A stretch of 63,493 bases of DNA, filler included, from Folioceros fuciformis (lineage: Eukaryota), in the NCBI GenBank assembly GCA_049999805.1. It is 5 parts of 5 records of this genome, joined end to end, with 100 filler letters (N's around TTAATTAATTAA, not from the genome) between each part and the next. Parts side by side here need not be neighbours in the genome. Positions count along the whole stretch, not along the records: positions 1 to 26,945 come from JBNGIO010004063.1; positions 27,046 to 34,379 come from JBNGIO010004065.1; positions 34,480 to 40,125 come from JBNGIO010004068.1; 2 more parts are not named here. One strand, given 5' to 3'. The position numbers and the translations under genes are program-made. This document shows positions 25,950-37,847 of this stretch, in pieces (within the stretch, counting starts at the first letter, position 1; every line of letters starts with the position of its first letter). The notes below the pieces were generated by a model that was not told where the DNA came from, did no database searches, and saw nothing but the letters and a program-made list of their open reading frames with translations.

Positions 25950-26700
25950 CGTCCTACTAGCTACTTGTTGAATGATAAGGTTTCAATAAAAATGACATGA
26001 GTGGATATGCAATCTCATTGACTATGTAAGAGCCACAATTCTTTCTTCAAGTTGTAATCTTGGCTGAGCCAAACTCCTACTATCCATCATTTTGTGTTCA
26101 TACACTACTCTCCTTCAAGATTGTTGCATCATTTACTCCTCCAAGATGCATGTAACACACATCTAGAAAGAATTTATTTGCATCACAAATACCTTGCAAC
26201 ACAATAGAATGTATGTCATGCTAACACTAATATGTAATTGGGTTATCTTTCTTGTCAAGTTGTTGTGCTAGCTTGATATGATATCCATCCATACACCCCA
26301 CCATGCTAGGTAACCTTGTAAGATATTGGAACTTAGTTGAAATAACCTGTTGCCTATGTTCGGAAGGCCATACGATGAAATGTGAGAAAAAATTTTGTGG
26401 ATTGCACAAAAATTACTTTATACTTTGTAAAGCAATCCACAAAATTACTATTATAATTTTTGCACATGTAATTTTTGTATGTAATTTGGACATGTAAGCA
26501 AATTGATAAGCACTTGTAAAAATTACATGTAATTTGGACATGTAAGCAAATTGCCATTGAGCATCACGAAGTCTCGCACCATCTCTATGCCAAGTTGTCT
26601 TGTGCATATCTCTTCACAATACTATCCAATCAATCATCAATCCCTTTTTTGCAACCCAGTATTTTCCTCTTCAATCATCATGGATATAAAAATAACTATG
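25950..26700 (-). mobile_element. Degenerate PIF/Harbinger DDE transposase
   Basis: LPSMVGCMDGYHIKL...Y*C*HDIHSIVLQGICDANKFFLDVCYMHLGGVNDATILK matches the DDE_Tnp_4 catalytic region. Confidence 0.85.
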
Positions 26701-27075
26701 ATAACATAATTGAGCAAGTAAGTAGGGTAGAAGAATTTAATATGCCTATGGATAATTGTAAATAAAGAGAAGAAATGTATCTCATCATTACAGTAAATAA
26801 ATAAATAATCCACAACTATTTAAATAATTATAGATTAAAAAAAACATATACAGCTGCACACCAAAATGCAAAAGAGGAAAGGGAAACTCTACTTATCTAA
26901 AATGTGTGAGAAGGTGGCCTTACATAGGTCTAGGCCGCATAATAANNNNNNNNNNNNNNNNNNNNNNNNNNNNNNNNNNNNNNNNNNNNTTAATTAATTA
27001 ANNNNNNNNNNNNNNNNNNNNNNNNNNNNNNNNNNNNNNNNNNNNGCCACGTCGTTTGTCGTCCTAAAATGCTCA

Positions 27076-28078
27076 CCTGGGATGGAAGGGAGGGCAAATG
27101 CTTTTGCAATTTCAGAAGAAAAGCCAGCAGTCCATCCTTCAACAGTTTGTCCACCCCCGTAAGCTCTGGCTCTCCTGCTACGGCTTCAGAGGGCGGGAGC
27201 TTAAATGCCTGGAAGAAACAGTAGGAAAAAGTAACCGTAATACTTTAGAAGTCCAACCCCTAGCATCATGGGAAGAGCCATACCAATATGGCCAGCAACT
27301 TGCCGGGCAGCTCAAAACGACATTATATCCACCTAAAACTGAATGTGCACGACTGGATTTGTAGATCATTTGGACGGATGCGAAAATCCTCTACGACAGG
27401 CGATGATGGTGGGGACTACGACGCGACCTTAAACCCATGTTACGGAAGAGCGGAAGACATGCAGACGTGCCGAGAAAGAAATAACCAAATTCAAATTCCG
27501 TGTATTACCGCCTCTAGCAGGAGATTAGATTCTGAGACATGGCCCAGATCAACAAGCGCCCTGTGATACTCGATAACCAAGCCAGTCAACTCAGCTTTTC
27601 CAATGGTACCCAACCTTTGTCTAATCGTCTCAGCAGTGAGAACAGATTCCCCTAATCCTTGTGAAGGTTCCACCTTGGAGACCCTGCGTAGCGTAGGAGC
27701 CGGACCTGCCTGTGTCTTCCTCTCGATACTCAGAACGCGTGGGCTGAAGCTTGTGGAGGCTTCTGAAAAGTTTCGCTTTCGACCTGGAGAGAATGGAGAT
27801 CTTGGCCATGAAGCGACTGACTTTCTCCTCGCCGATGCCCCAGCAACTTCGTCTGTGTGGTCGTACCATGTTCGAAGTCTGTCCTGATAATACTGTGCCT
27901 CTTCTGAATTGATATCACGGGCTGCTTCCAGAATATCGATCTGAACGGAGGAGGACGGTCCTGCTGCATTTGAAGGAATTTCCACTCGCAACCCTGAACT
28001 GGAACTCGTTCCATCAGCAGTGTCAGGTGGAGCAACTTCTTCTGAATTTGTGAGAATCCTATTCAGAGCTGCAAACAT
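27076..28078 (-). CDS. Probable intron-containing gene of unknown function (partial; 3' end lost in gap)
   Basis: 195-aa Ser-rich ORF 28078-27491 with a GTAATA donor after LLLEA. Downstream exon-like segment AFKLPPSE..KHLPSLPSQ bounded by tttcttccag and gtgagc. Full model unresolved. Confidence 0.4.
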
Positions 28079-28838
28079 GTCTGACGGACACTCTGAGGCA
28101 GGGGCGTTACGATCACCAGGCGTCCCCAGGTGTTAGAGATAGGTCAAGTTGTCAAGTGCTTTCAGAATCTGCTTCTACCCACAAGCCATTTGCAGGATCC
28201 TTCCACCCAATACTGTTCTGCAAGCTGAGCTCTCCTGACAGCAAGAGTGACATAAACTTCCCCGTGCGCTGCTGTTGTAGATTCAGATTGAAGCACGGCT
28301 TTTGGACTGCTAGCCACTCACAGCGCACTTTTCTTCCTCGTGTCCAGATCGTACCAGTCACGATTTTCCACCAGCACGAGATGCGACAATGTGAGCTCTT
28401 GCGAACGGGGTTCACACACAGTATCTTTAGTTGCCCGGAAGGCTACGAGGATGGCGCTTGTTCCCTTTATTCACAAGTGTAACATCCGGCTTGCTCGTAG
28501 ATTTCGTCGACGCTTGATTGATCGTCAAGCAGGTAGCAAGGAAGAACACGTCCAGCTGCCCTGCATCACCATTCCGGTGAGACTCAGTTGCACAAGTCTC
28601 CGAGAAGAGCCTCGAAGAAAGTTTTGCGGCATGCGAGTGCAGCGAGCCAGAGCAGAGTGGGCTGATGAGGTGCCGATTGTGCTCGAGGTTTCCTTCGCAT
28701 GATGAGCGAACTCCACAAGCCACAAGAAGACGGTCAGAGGCCCTTGCCTTGACGGTTGAGCCACGTAACGGAACAACTTTCAAAAACGTGAACCCCTATT
28801 TAGCATGTTCAACAGTCAAATCACACAAACAAGCACGC

Positions 28839-30423
28839 TCATCCGAAGCTGTGCGCAAATTGGGCTGCGGCTGCATCTGCTTGCAACACCCTTGGAGGAG
28901 CAGGTAGAGGAGGATTACTTCGATTGAGGCCGTTTCTGCGACTACATCACCAAAAGAAGCAGAATAGAGCCACGAGATGAGCAAGATAGTCCAACGAGGA
29001 TGGTAGCAACAGGTCCATGATGCCCAGGGTATGACGTACCCCAGCATGTGAAGTTCAATAGTGGCCTTGAACTGAGAAGGAATTTCCATCAGAGCAGTCA
29101 GTGCAAATGCTGCCTCCTTTTGTGTGGTTGTCCATGTTTTGCTCATGATCGAGGTGAAGTTGACGAACTGGAAGTTGTCGAACGCCCTCTGTGGTATTGT
29201 GTCATCGAACTCGTGCATCTTTTCCCATGGGCCATCCCCGACTCCAACCAGCACGATGGAGAGGGGGTACCGACTGATCACAAAGCAAAAGTCAGTGGTC
29301 ATTGGAAAGTAACTTGATGTTGCTGCGACAGTGGAAGCATGTATGTACCTTGCGTCCACGATTGCTTCGATTGTGGCTCTCTCTTGTTCACTTTGAGCTT
29401 CACCTTTCTCATTGGCAGATACCTGCAGTTTGGCTCACTGGTGGTTATCCTTACCACAAAGGCACAAGTCACACAAGGCTCACAAGTCCTGGATAACGCA
29501 CCTGCCCATCAGCAATGATCACCAGAACATGATACTGGCCTCCACTCTTCTCCACAATCTCCACTGCAGCTTCAATGATGGGTGCAAACGATGTGGGGCC
29601 TGAAACGCTCGCACCACAGACAAACAACAGCATGACAACCCTGGTTCCAACAACACACATCATCTCCTACTCGCCGGGAGTGTGACCTGAAAGACGGAGA
29701 TGAGGAACGATTGCTCGGTATCGAGACAGGGCCTCCTCAAATCCTACGCAGGGGTGCAGATCCTCGAAGAAGCTGAAGACATGCTTATCGTGAGTTGTGG
29801 CTGAAGATCGAACAGGGGACAGTAAACAGCAACCTTCTGAATCAGCAAAGACACGCAGCCGCCATATCGTCCTCGAGCTACGGCAAGCAAGAAACCAATC
29901 AACACTCACTGTCTCCAAACCCGAAACAAGGAATCAGGTTGTCGTCATCAAACGGGGATAGAGTCTCTCCAATTATCGCTATAGCTTGTTCGTACGGATT
30001 CAATTCAGATCCAATTGCATGCAAGCTCCGACCATTGAAGCATTGCCTGCCTGCCACTCCCAATGATCATCATCCATCCAAAGTCATTCTCACCAAGCCA
30101 CGACACCGTTTCCAACTCTAGCTTCCAACCTGTCCACTCGTTGCTCTTCGTGAAATCGATGCCCAGAATCAAGTTGGACGACTCCAAGCCAGCTTGCCTC
30201 AAAGCTTGTTGAACCTACCACATCAACTTTCGTCAGTCCGTCAAATACTATCACCAGCCACATGTCTGGGATGACCATCTCCCACCTCATCCAGGCTTGT
30301 GTACTGATCAGCTATGTAGGCATATTTTGCCGACACCGGGTGTGAAGCATGTGAACTCCGGTGAATCACACGCGCTCCCTGCGTTCTAGGTGAAGGCAAC
30401 GGTCCAGAGATGCAGACTCCCAT
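28839..30423 (-). CDS. RGLG: RGLG-like copine/VWA protein apparently lacking the RING finger (8 exons)
   Basis: MGVCIS start; [82 protein letters not shown]. Last exon PPLPAPPRVLQ..AHSFG ends at TGA 28841-28839. Confidence 0.85.
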
Positions 30424-30849
30424 CGGTAAACAAAGACCTCTGTCGACTGTTTTCATTTCAGGTGTTGTCACGACAACTGTCATGGATTCAAAGAGACGAA
30501 GATGCTTCACGGGTATTCACAAGCTTACGCAGTATGTGTTCCCTCCGCCACATGCTTCGTACACAAGGAGGAAAGCAACAATAATGGAAAGCTTGGACGG
30601 CAAGTATTCACAATAGCATGGGCGTCAATCCTAGGCTTCTTTGGGAAGAACAAGAAAAGTCCTCAATTTTTTTCTGGTGGTGATCCATAGTCTTCTTTCA
30701 AAAAATAAAAGAAATTCATAATTATAAAATGGGTTCTTCTCCTTTTCTTGGATTGGTTGAACAACTCATTGGTGGCCTTGGAATGAAGTTCTTCCTCTTC
30801 TTCTTCCAACTATTCAGTAGTGTCAACGATTAGTGTCAACTATTCAGTA

Positions 30850-31465
30850 CGAATGGGATTATCTCTTCCATCGAATGGGATTATCTCTTCCATCGANNNN
30901 NNNNNNTCTTCCATCGAATGGGATTATCTCTTCCATCGAATGGGATTACCCTCTTCCAATGATCTTCAAATGGGATTATCGTCTTCCATCGAATGGGATT
31001 ATCTCTTCTATCAGTGGTGGAATGGGATTATCAGTGTGGTGATCTTCGAATGGGATTACCCTCTTCCATCAAATGGGATTATCTCTTCCATCAGTGATGA
31101 AATGGGTGGGATTATTCTCTTCCATCAGTGGTGGAATGGGATTATCACTGGTGATCTTCGAATGGGATTACCCTCTTCCATCAAATGGGATTATCCTCTG
31201 CCATCAGTGGGATTATCCTCTACCATCAGTGGTGGAATGGGATTATCCTCTTCCATCAGCAGTGGAATGGGATTATCCTCTTCCATCAGCAGTGGAATGG
31301 GATTATCCTCTTCCATCACTAGTGAATGGGATTGTCCTCTTCCATCCGTAGTGGAATGGGATTATCCTCTTCCATCACTAGTGAATGGAATTGTCCTCTT
31401 CCATCCGTAGTGGAATGGGATTGTCCTTTTCTATTGGAATGGGATTGTCCTCTTCCATCACCGGT
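30850..31465. repeat. Minisatellite with 22-30 bp units built on gaatgggattatcctcttccatc
   Basis: Many tandem copies visible, with an internal 10-N gap. Confidence 0.95.
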
Positions 31466-32269
31466 GGAACCCTGTTTGAAGAAGCCATTGAAGAAGAACA
31501 GGAATAAAGTTCCTTTTTTTGCTCGGTGATGATCTTCGAATATTGGAATATTGATGGCAAGGGATGGGAGAGTCTACACTTCAAATTCAACAAAGAGAAG
31601 TCTCCTTTGGAGCTTTGATATATTGGATCTGGGTGAGCTCGAATATTAACTCAACCAATATTTCATATAGATTAACTATGTTCTGAATCAATTGTTCAAT
31701 CCTAAAGAGACAATGGCAACTATGGAGTTAATACTTGGTCAATCTCAACCAGGCAATCAAAACAATGTTCAAGTGCAATGGATTCAAGTGTGCAAATGGA
31801 AGATGACCGACAAGAGAAGAGGCACAACAGAAATAAAACTAAAGATTATGGATTGAAATTTAAAATAAAACTAAAGATCCTGATGTGTGAAGTCGAAGTG
31901 ATAGAAAAACTATAGGCTTAAAGCTAGAACATACAGAATATATCATAGAATTATACAGAATGACACTAGGGTCAAAATGAAATTCCTCCTCACAGACGAA
32001 AGACCAATATACAGAATGACACTAGGGTCAAAATGAAATTCATCTTCACAAACACAACCAACTTTAATGTTCGCAACCTAAGACACCATGTTTTTAAGTA
32101 GACTGACTCCGCGAGGCTTTGGCAAACTAGATACCAATTCCTCGCGGTGTCTTGCTGCGCGGGCATGCCAAGTCGAGCACAGGATGCAGACCTCACGCAG
32201 CATCAATCCCAAAATCCCAACCCCGTCGTTTAATGTACATGTCGGACTCAAGGCTACATACCACATAGA

Positions 32270-34309
32270 TTAGTAGAGCCGGATCCTCGTCACGATTCGT
32301 TCTCGGCATATCGGGCAGGTCGTCAAGTCCTTCCCACAATCTGTGCAAGTCTGCGCACAGTGGAGACTGGATTGAAGTTCTGTTTTGATTGAAACACAGC
32401 ACGAGCAGGATGAGCGAAATGAGAAGATTGGTTACCTGGTGGCCACACTGAAAGGCTAGGTTCTTGGGAGCTGTGTAGCAGATTGGGCATACCTGAAAAA
32501 CCTAAGGGTTAGGCAAGTGCATGACCAGTGTGAGTCCACTTGGAAAGAAAGGGGGGAGGCATAGGCAGACCTGATTGTCATTGAGGTTATCAGCAGGCAC
32601 GGAGGACGTTGACGTGTCGCCGTATTCATATCCGTATCCATAACCAGGAGAGATTGGAACTTTGGAGCCTCGGTCTTCTGAGAGTTCGGGGTACCTAATC
32701 TGCGTGCTGGTACCTGCGTGTGGATACTTGCTGCCAGTAGAATCCATCTGTAACACCCTGGGTGGCGGTGGTAAAGGAGGATTGTTCTGCACTCTGCCGG
32801 TTCGATTCCTGCAGCATTTCGTCCAGACATTCAGAAACAAGAACAATGCTACTGAAGGCTGCACTAGAAACCATGGAAGCCGAAGCAGTGTGCAGGGCCC
32901 ACCCCAACATCTTGAGTTCAATGCTTGCTTTGTACTGAGAAGGAATTTCCATTAAAGCAGAGAGTGCAAACAAAGCCTCCTTTTGCACTGCAGGCATATT
33001 CTTTGCCATGATCTGAGTGAAGTTCACGAACTGCAGAAAACCACATCGAGGGTTAAGATCAAGCAGAGTACGGTCTGACCCAGCGACGCGCATGGCTTAC
33101 TCAAGTGTGATGGAAAGAGGTGAAGATCAACCAAAGGGCGAGCGCCAGCAACTGCAATACCTGAAAATTGTCAAAACCACGGGCAGGTATGTTGTCATCG
33201 AACTCCCTCATGGTGTCCCATGGTCCATCACCTACCCCAACCAAAATAATTGATAGAGGATATTGGCTGGCAAGACAGATGACAGGGCAGGTTTTAATCC
33301 CATAAAGCTGAGCAAACATAAGATCTAGAATCGACATCAACAACGGCTCACTACCTTGCAGCCACGATTGCACTGATTGTGGCTTCCTCCTGAGGACTAA
33401 ACTGTCCGTGTTCGGTATCAACACTTCTCGTAACCTGCAAGCCGTCCAAGCTCCTCTGGTAACATGCACTCTGGATACGAACAGGTCATAGTGTGATACT
33501 AACGTTTTCGCACACATACCTGTCCATCTGCAATTATGAGAAGGACGTGGTACTGGCCACCACTCTCTTCAACAATGTCAATTGAGGTTTCTATCAACGG
33601 GGCAAACGAAGTCGGCCCTGCAGTCACCAGAAGAGATGTCACGAGAACAGACTTCAAAGCAAACACTCCTCTCCAATTAAACAAGTGTGCAGCAAAATGA
33701 TCACCAAAAGGAAACTGGACGCATGAAACAGAGACCAACCAGCAAGCCGAAGATGTGGGACAATGGCCCTATATCGCTTCAAAGCTTCTTCAAACCCATC
33801 ACAAGGTCTGTTGTTTTGGAAAAAGCTGAACACATGTTGATCATGAGTGGAGGCTGCACCCACAATCAAAACAAATGGGCGAGTGAAAAGCTATCTCACC
33901 AAGAGTAAACAACCAGACAGACGCGACGAGCTGCAGCACCTTCACCAAAACAGCTCAGGTCACAAGAAACATACCATCACCAAAGCCAAAGCAAGGAATC
34001 AAGTTGTCCTCATCGAACGGGGACAGAGTTCGGCCTATGATGGACAAGGCCTGTTCATAGGGGTTGAGCATAGGCGGTGGCAGAATCGAGTGGAGGCTTC
34101 GTCCATTGAACGAGTGCTTCCCTGCGAATTCCACAGCAAAATCCCATCACCATCACGAACTCCGCAAACCACCCCGCGACACTCAACCCGTAAAAACCCA
34201 CAAATCTTGCTCCAAACCCACAACCTGTCCACTCGTTGCTCTTGGTAAAGTCGATACCAACGATCAAATTCGACGACTCCAACCCAGCCTGCCCCAGCTC
34301 AGCTTGCAC
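32270..34309 (-). CDS. RGLG: RGLG-type RING E3 ubiquitin ligase (copine/VWA + C3HC4 RING); 5' exon(s) lost in gap
   Basis: Spliced exons [52 protein letters not shown], then [45 protein letters not shown]. Confidence 0.92.
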
Positions 34310-35019
34310 CTGCACCACGACCAACTCAGCTACACACACATCCTAATCACAACTCACCACGCCCCACCACTCCAAACCCNNNNNNNNNNNNNNNNNNNNN
34401 NNNNNNNNNNNNNNNNNNNNNNNTTAATTAATTAANNNNNNNNNNNNNNNNNNNNNNNNNNNNNNNNNNNNNNNNNNNNGGCCAAGAGCAGCGATCGAGA
34501 CAGGCGGTTTCTCTTAAACAAACTGGAAAACAATGGCGGTTGACTACCTTCTCCATCCGCAGCTGAAGGGTCCATCTTTCGGGTTATTCATCCAATGTAA
34601 AAGGAAAAAAAAGGGAATAATTCCTAAAAAATCACTATACCTATGTAAATAATAAATGCAGTGTAAAAAACATATTATTTATTCATCCAGTCTATGGATA
34701 GGATTTTTTTCATTTTTTTTCAAAAATAAAAAAATCCGTTAAAAACTAACATATCTATCTAAAAAATAAATCAGTATAAAAAATAAAGAAATCAAGGAGC
34801 TAAAATATTATAATATTTTCATAATAAATGGAAACATTGGCTTACGCTGGTGTCGGAAATAGACCGGAAATAGACCATGAGGAGGCAGCCATTCGCACAG
34901 CGGTTACTGCGATAGACGTAAGGCACGCATGGTTAGCGCAGACAGACCTTGAGACTGCCGTTATATGTATTACGGTCAAACAGTTATTTAACTATGTTCC
35001 CTGGGCTGGGAATGAAGCA

Positions 35020-37293
35020 TCAAACACTTGGACCCGCAGCATCATGACTCATGTTCGCCACCTTGTGCCCAGCTCCGAATCCCATGTGCCCCAGCAGCAC
35101 CCAGATGTGGGTGATGAATTCCCCGCCCTCCGTGAGCAGCTCCACATGCTCCTTGGCCTTCTCAAGCACGGCTATGGAGATGAGGAGGTCCGCCCACACA
35201 TTCCCCAGCATCTCCCACATCTGGGCCCTCATCTGGGCGCTACTCTCCTGTTCCTTTTCCGAAGGACAAAAGCGTTCGCGCAATTGCGACGCAAGGAGTC
35301 TCCCAGCCTTCCATGGCTCCTGGGCATACTGTTGCGGATGCTCCTTGGCACGCCACTCGCGGAGATCGTCCGCGTCGTCGTCCAGAAGCGTCCTGGAAGC
35401 CAGAGTTCCCCCCGCCTGCCTCTGGCTGCTGTTGTGCGTCGCAAGATTGGGAAGGTGGAGTCGGCGCTGGAGTTCGTGATTGGTGTTCAAGAACACCTCC
35501 TTGGCCAGGGTGGCGTTGGAGGGCAGCAACTGCGTCCGCTCCTTGAGCAGGTACAAAGTGTACCGCGACAAGTACTGCGACATCTCTTTGTGGTTGTCGG
35601 CCTTAGCGGAGGAGCAATCGTTGCTGCCCAGAATCATTGCCTTCAGCTCTGTCCACAGGATTTGGAATATGCTGCCTTCCTGGTAGTTCTCCTCACAGTT
35701 GATCTCGTGGGCCTCGCACAGGCTGGTGGCCACGTGCCATGTGACTATGGCGTTCTCCAGGTCCGTGCTGCTGGCCCATGCGAAGTTCTCTGGATCACGC
35801 TGGTCTCTTCTGCTGGTGTGGGCGTGGTAGCCGGAGAGAGTGTACCCGGGAACAGAGGCCATGGTGTCCTTCAGGTCCTGCAATTGCCACTTCTCTTCAG
35901 GGCAGTTCTCGGACGAGGGCTTCTTCGCCTGGTCCAGGAGGTTGCACCTTTCGAACACTTTGCGTAGAAGGAAGATCTCTAAGTCTCGCGCCTTGGTCTT
36001 GGGGACACTATGCCTGTCGTCGAATTCCTTCTCTCGGTCAGGGATCATGGAGACCTGCCCGAACCTGTGCCTCCAGTAACTGTGCCGGAAGGACCCAAAA
36101 ACCTTGAGGTTCACCACCGACTGGTGGCATAGGGCCACGTAACCCATGACGGTCCAAAAGTAAGTGAGAATTATTTGCTTGGGCCAAACACGGGTGTCGT
36201 CTCGACGAGGTTGTTCCCTTTTCACCTGCCTGCGACATATGACATACGCGCAGGTTAGCCAGACTCTCGTCCAGTCTGTGAGGACCACCCTTACCAGCTG
36301 GTAAACCTCCACCAGGATAATAAAGGCGAACAGGATCCATGTCACTATTCCAGCCACGCCGTTTGGCTGGAGCTCCTTCTCCCCTTGCTTGAAGACAATC
36401 AGGGAGCATATGATGATGACGGAGAGGGAAGAGGCTCGGGAGCCCGGGCCGACCCATGTGTATGCTGTGCCATACGATTTGGTGAACACGCTGTCGAACA
36501 GGAATCGGAGCTCTATGTCCAGGACGTTGACGAGTCTGTTCCTTGGAGGTTCTGAAGGTTTTTTAGACGGGTCTTGGATAGCTGCTGAGCTTGATGATGA
36601 TAATGACTCTCCCCACAGCTCATTGAAGAATGTTCTGATCTTGTCGGTGCTCCACTCGTGCATGTACAGGTTTGTGAGCCGTCTGCGGTACATCTTGAAG
36701 AGAGCAAAGGCTATGCAGATGTCCACCACTTTCCTGCCGTGGCCCGGATTCTGTGCCTGAAGTGCTTCCCTGTGGTCCGTCACCTCTGAGACCATCACCA
36801 CCACGTAGGACTGTCTGATCTTTTGTTCCGTTGCCTTCCGGTCGTCTTTGGGCTCGATTGGGACCCATCGAGACCAGTTGGTGAACAAGGGCTCGGACCA
36901 CTTCTGTTTCTGCAAGAAATGGTACCATTTCGGAGTGTTGAAGGCGTGCTCGTATGCCCGTTTCTCTCCTAGTACGAAGTAGTTGTATTCTCCATTAGAT
37001 TCGCTATACAAATTAGATTCTCCATACAAATTAGATTCTCCATCATATTCGCCATACACATTAGATTCTCCATCAGATCCCCTATCCAAAGGGTCGAACT
37101 GCATGAGTTTGCAAAGGGGGCCGGCCGCCTTGTCCAGATAGTCCCGGCTGGCACAGCGCAGAGCCACAGTTCGCTCGGCGTACTTCCCAGTTCCCACTAT
37201 AGCCAGAATCACGCTGATCCAGAGGATGGTGCCGTGTGCCGAGGAGAACACCACATAGAACGCCGTGACCACCTGCCCAGCCAGCGACATCAC
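35020..37293 (-). CDS. DUF4220/DUF594 membrane protein (5'-truncated by gap), copy 1
   Basis: GTGKYAERTVAL, ICIAFALFKMYRRR, LDIELRFLFD, WHVATSLC, LSRYTLYLL and C-terminal WADLLISIA..HVELLTEGGEFITHIWVLLGHMG. Confidence 0.88.
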   Translation of the reverse strand: MMSLAGQVVTAFYVVFSSAHGTILWISVILAIVGTGKYAERTVALRCASRDYLDKAAGPLCKLMQFDPLDRGSDGESNVYGEYDGESNLYGESNLYSESNGEYNYFVLGEKRAYEHAFNTPKWYHFLQKQKWSEPLFTNWSRWVPIEPKDDRKATEQKIRQSYVVVMVSEVTDHREALQAQNPGHGRKVVDICIAFALFKMYRRRLTNLYMHEWSTDKIRTFFNELWGESLSSSSSAAIQDPSKKPSEPPRNRLVNVLDIELRFLFDSVFTKSYGTAYTWVGPGSRASSLSVIIICSLIVFKQGEKELQPNGVAGIVTWILFAFIILVEVYQLVRVVLTDWTRVWLTCAYVICRRQVKREQPRRDDTRVWPKQIILTYFWTVMGYVALCHQSVVNLKVFGSFRHSYWRHRFGQVSMIPDREKEFDDRHSVPKTKARDLEIFLLRKVFERCNLLDQAKKPSSENCPEEKWQLQDLKDTMASVPGYTLSGYHAHTSRRDQRDPENFAWASSTDLENAIVTWHVATSLCEAHEINCEENYQEGSIFQILWTELKAMILGSNDCSSAKADNHKEMSQYLSRYTLYLLKERTQLLPSNATLAKEVFLNTNHELQRRLHLPNLATHNSSQRQAGGTLASRTLLDDDADDLREWRAKEHPQQYAQEPWKAGRLLASQLRERFCPSEKEQESSAQMRAQMWEMLGNVWADLLISIAVLEKAKEHVELLTEGGEFITHIWVLLGHMGFGAGHKVANMSHDAAGPSV

Positions 37294-37847
37294 GAGTNNN
37301 NNNNNNNGGCCAAGAGCAGCGATCGAGACAGGCGGTTTCTCTTAAACAAACTGGAAAACAATGGCGGTTGACTACCTTCTCCATCCGCAGCTGAAGGGTC
37401 CATCTTTCGGGTTATTCATCCAATGTAAAAGGAAAAAAAAGGGAATAATTCCTAAAAAATCACTATACCTATGTAAATAATAAATGCAGTGTAAAAAACA
37501 TATTATTTATTCATCCAGTCTATGGATAGGATTTTTTTCATTTTTTTTCAAAAATAAAAAAATCCGTTAAAAACTAACATATCTATCTAAAAAATAAATC
37601 AGTATAAAAAATAAAGAAATCAAGGAGCTAAAATATTATAATATTTTCATAATAAATGGAAACATTGGCTTACGCTGGTGTCGGAAATAGACCGGAAATA
37701 GACCATGAGGAGGCAGCCATTCGCACAGCGGTTACTGCGATAGACGTAAGGCACGCATGGTTAGCGCAGACAGACCTTGAGACTGCCGTTATATGTATTA
37801 CGGTCAAACAGTTATTTAACTATGTTCCCTGGGCTGGGAATGAAGCA

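Noticed and set aside
26946-27045. Palindromic ttaattaattaa centred in N runs (also ~34424, ~40170, ~57133)
   Set aside because: An identical motif in the middle of equal-sized N blocks is a scaffolding linker, not biology.
30850-31465. Regularly spaced short repeats resembling a CRISPR array or a repeat protein (EWDYPLPSVV)
   Set aside because: No unique spacers, no cas genes, eukaryotic context, and unit lengths of 22-30 bp do not keep frame; ordinary minisatellite.
31950-32045. Short direct repeat atacagaatgacactagggtcaaaatgaaattc near the RGLG 3' end
   Set aside because: Simple local duplication with no further structure.
34828-35967. 379-aa plus-strand ORF (and its duplicate 37656-38795)
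   Set aside because: Antisense shadow of the GC-rich DUF594 coding region; no domain features.
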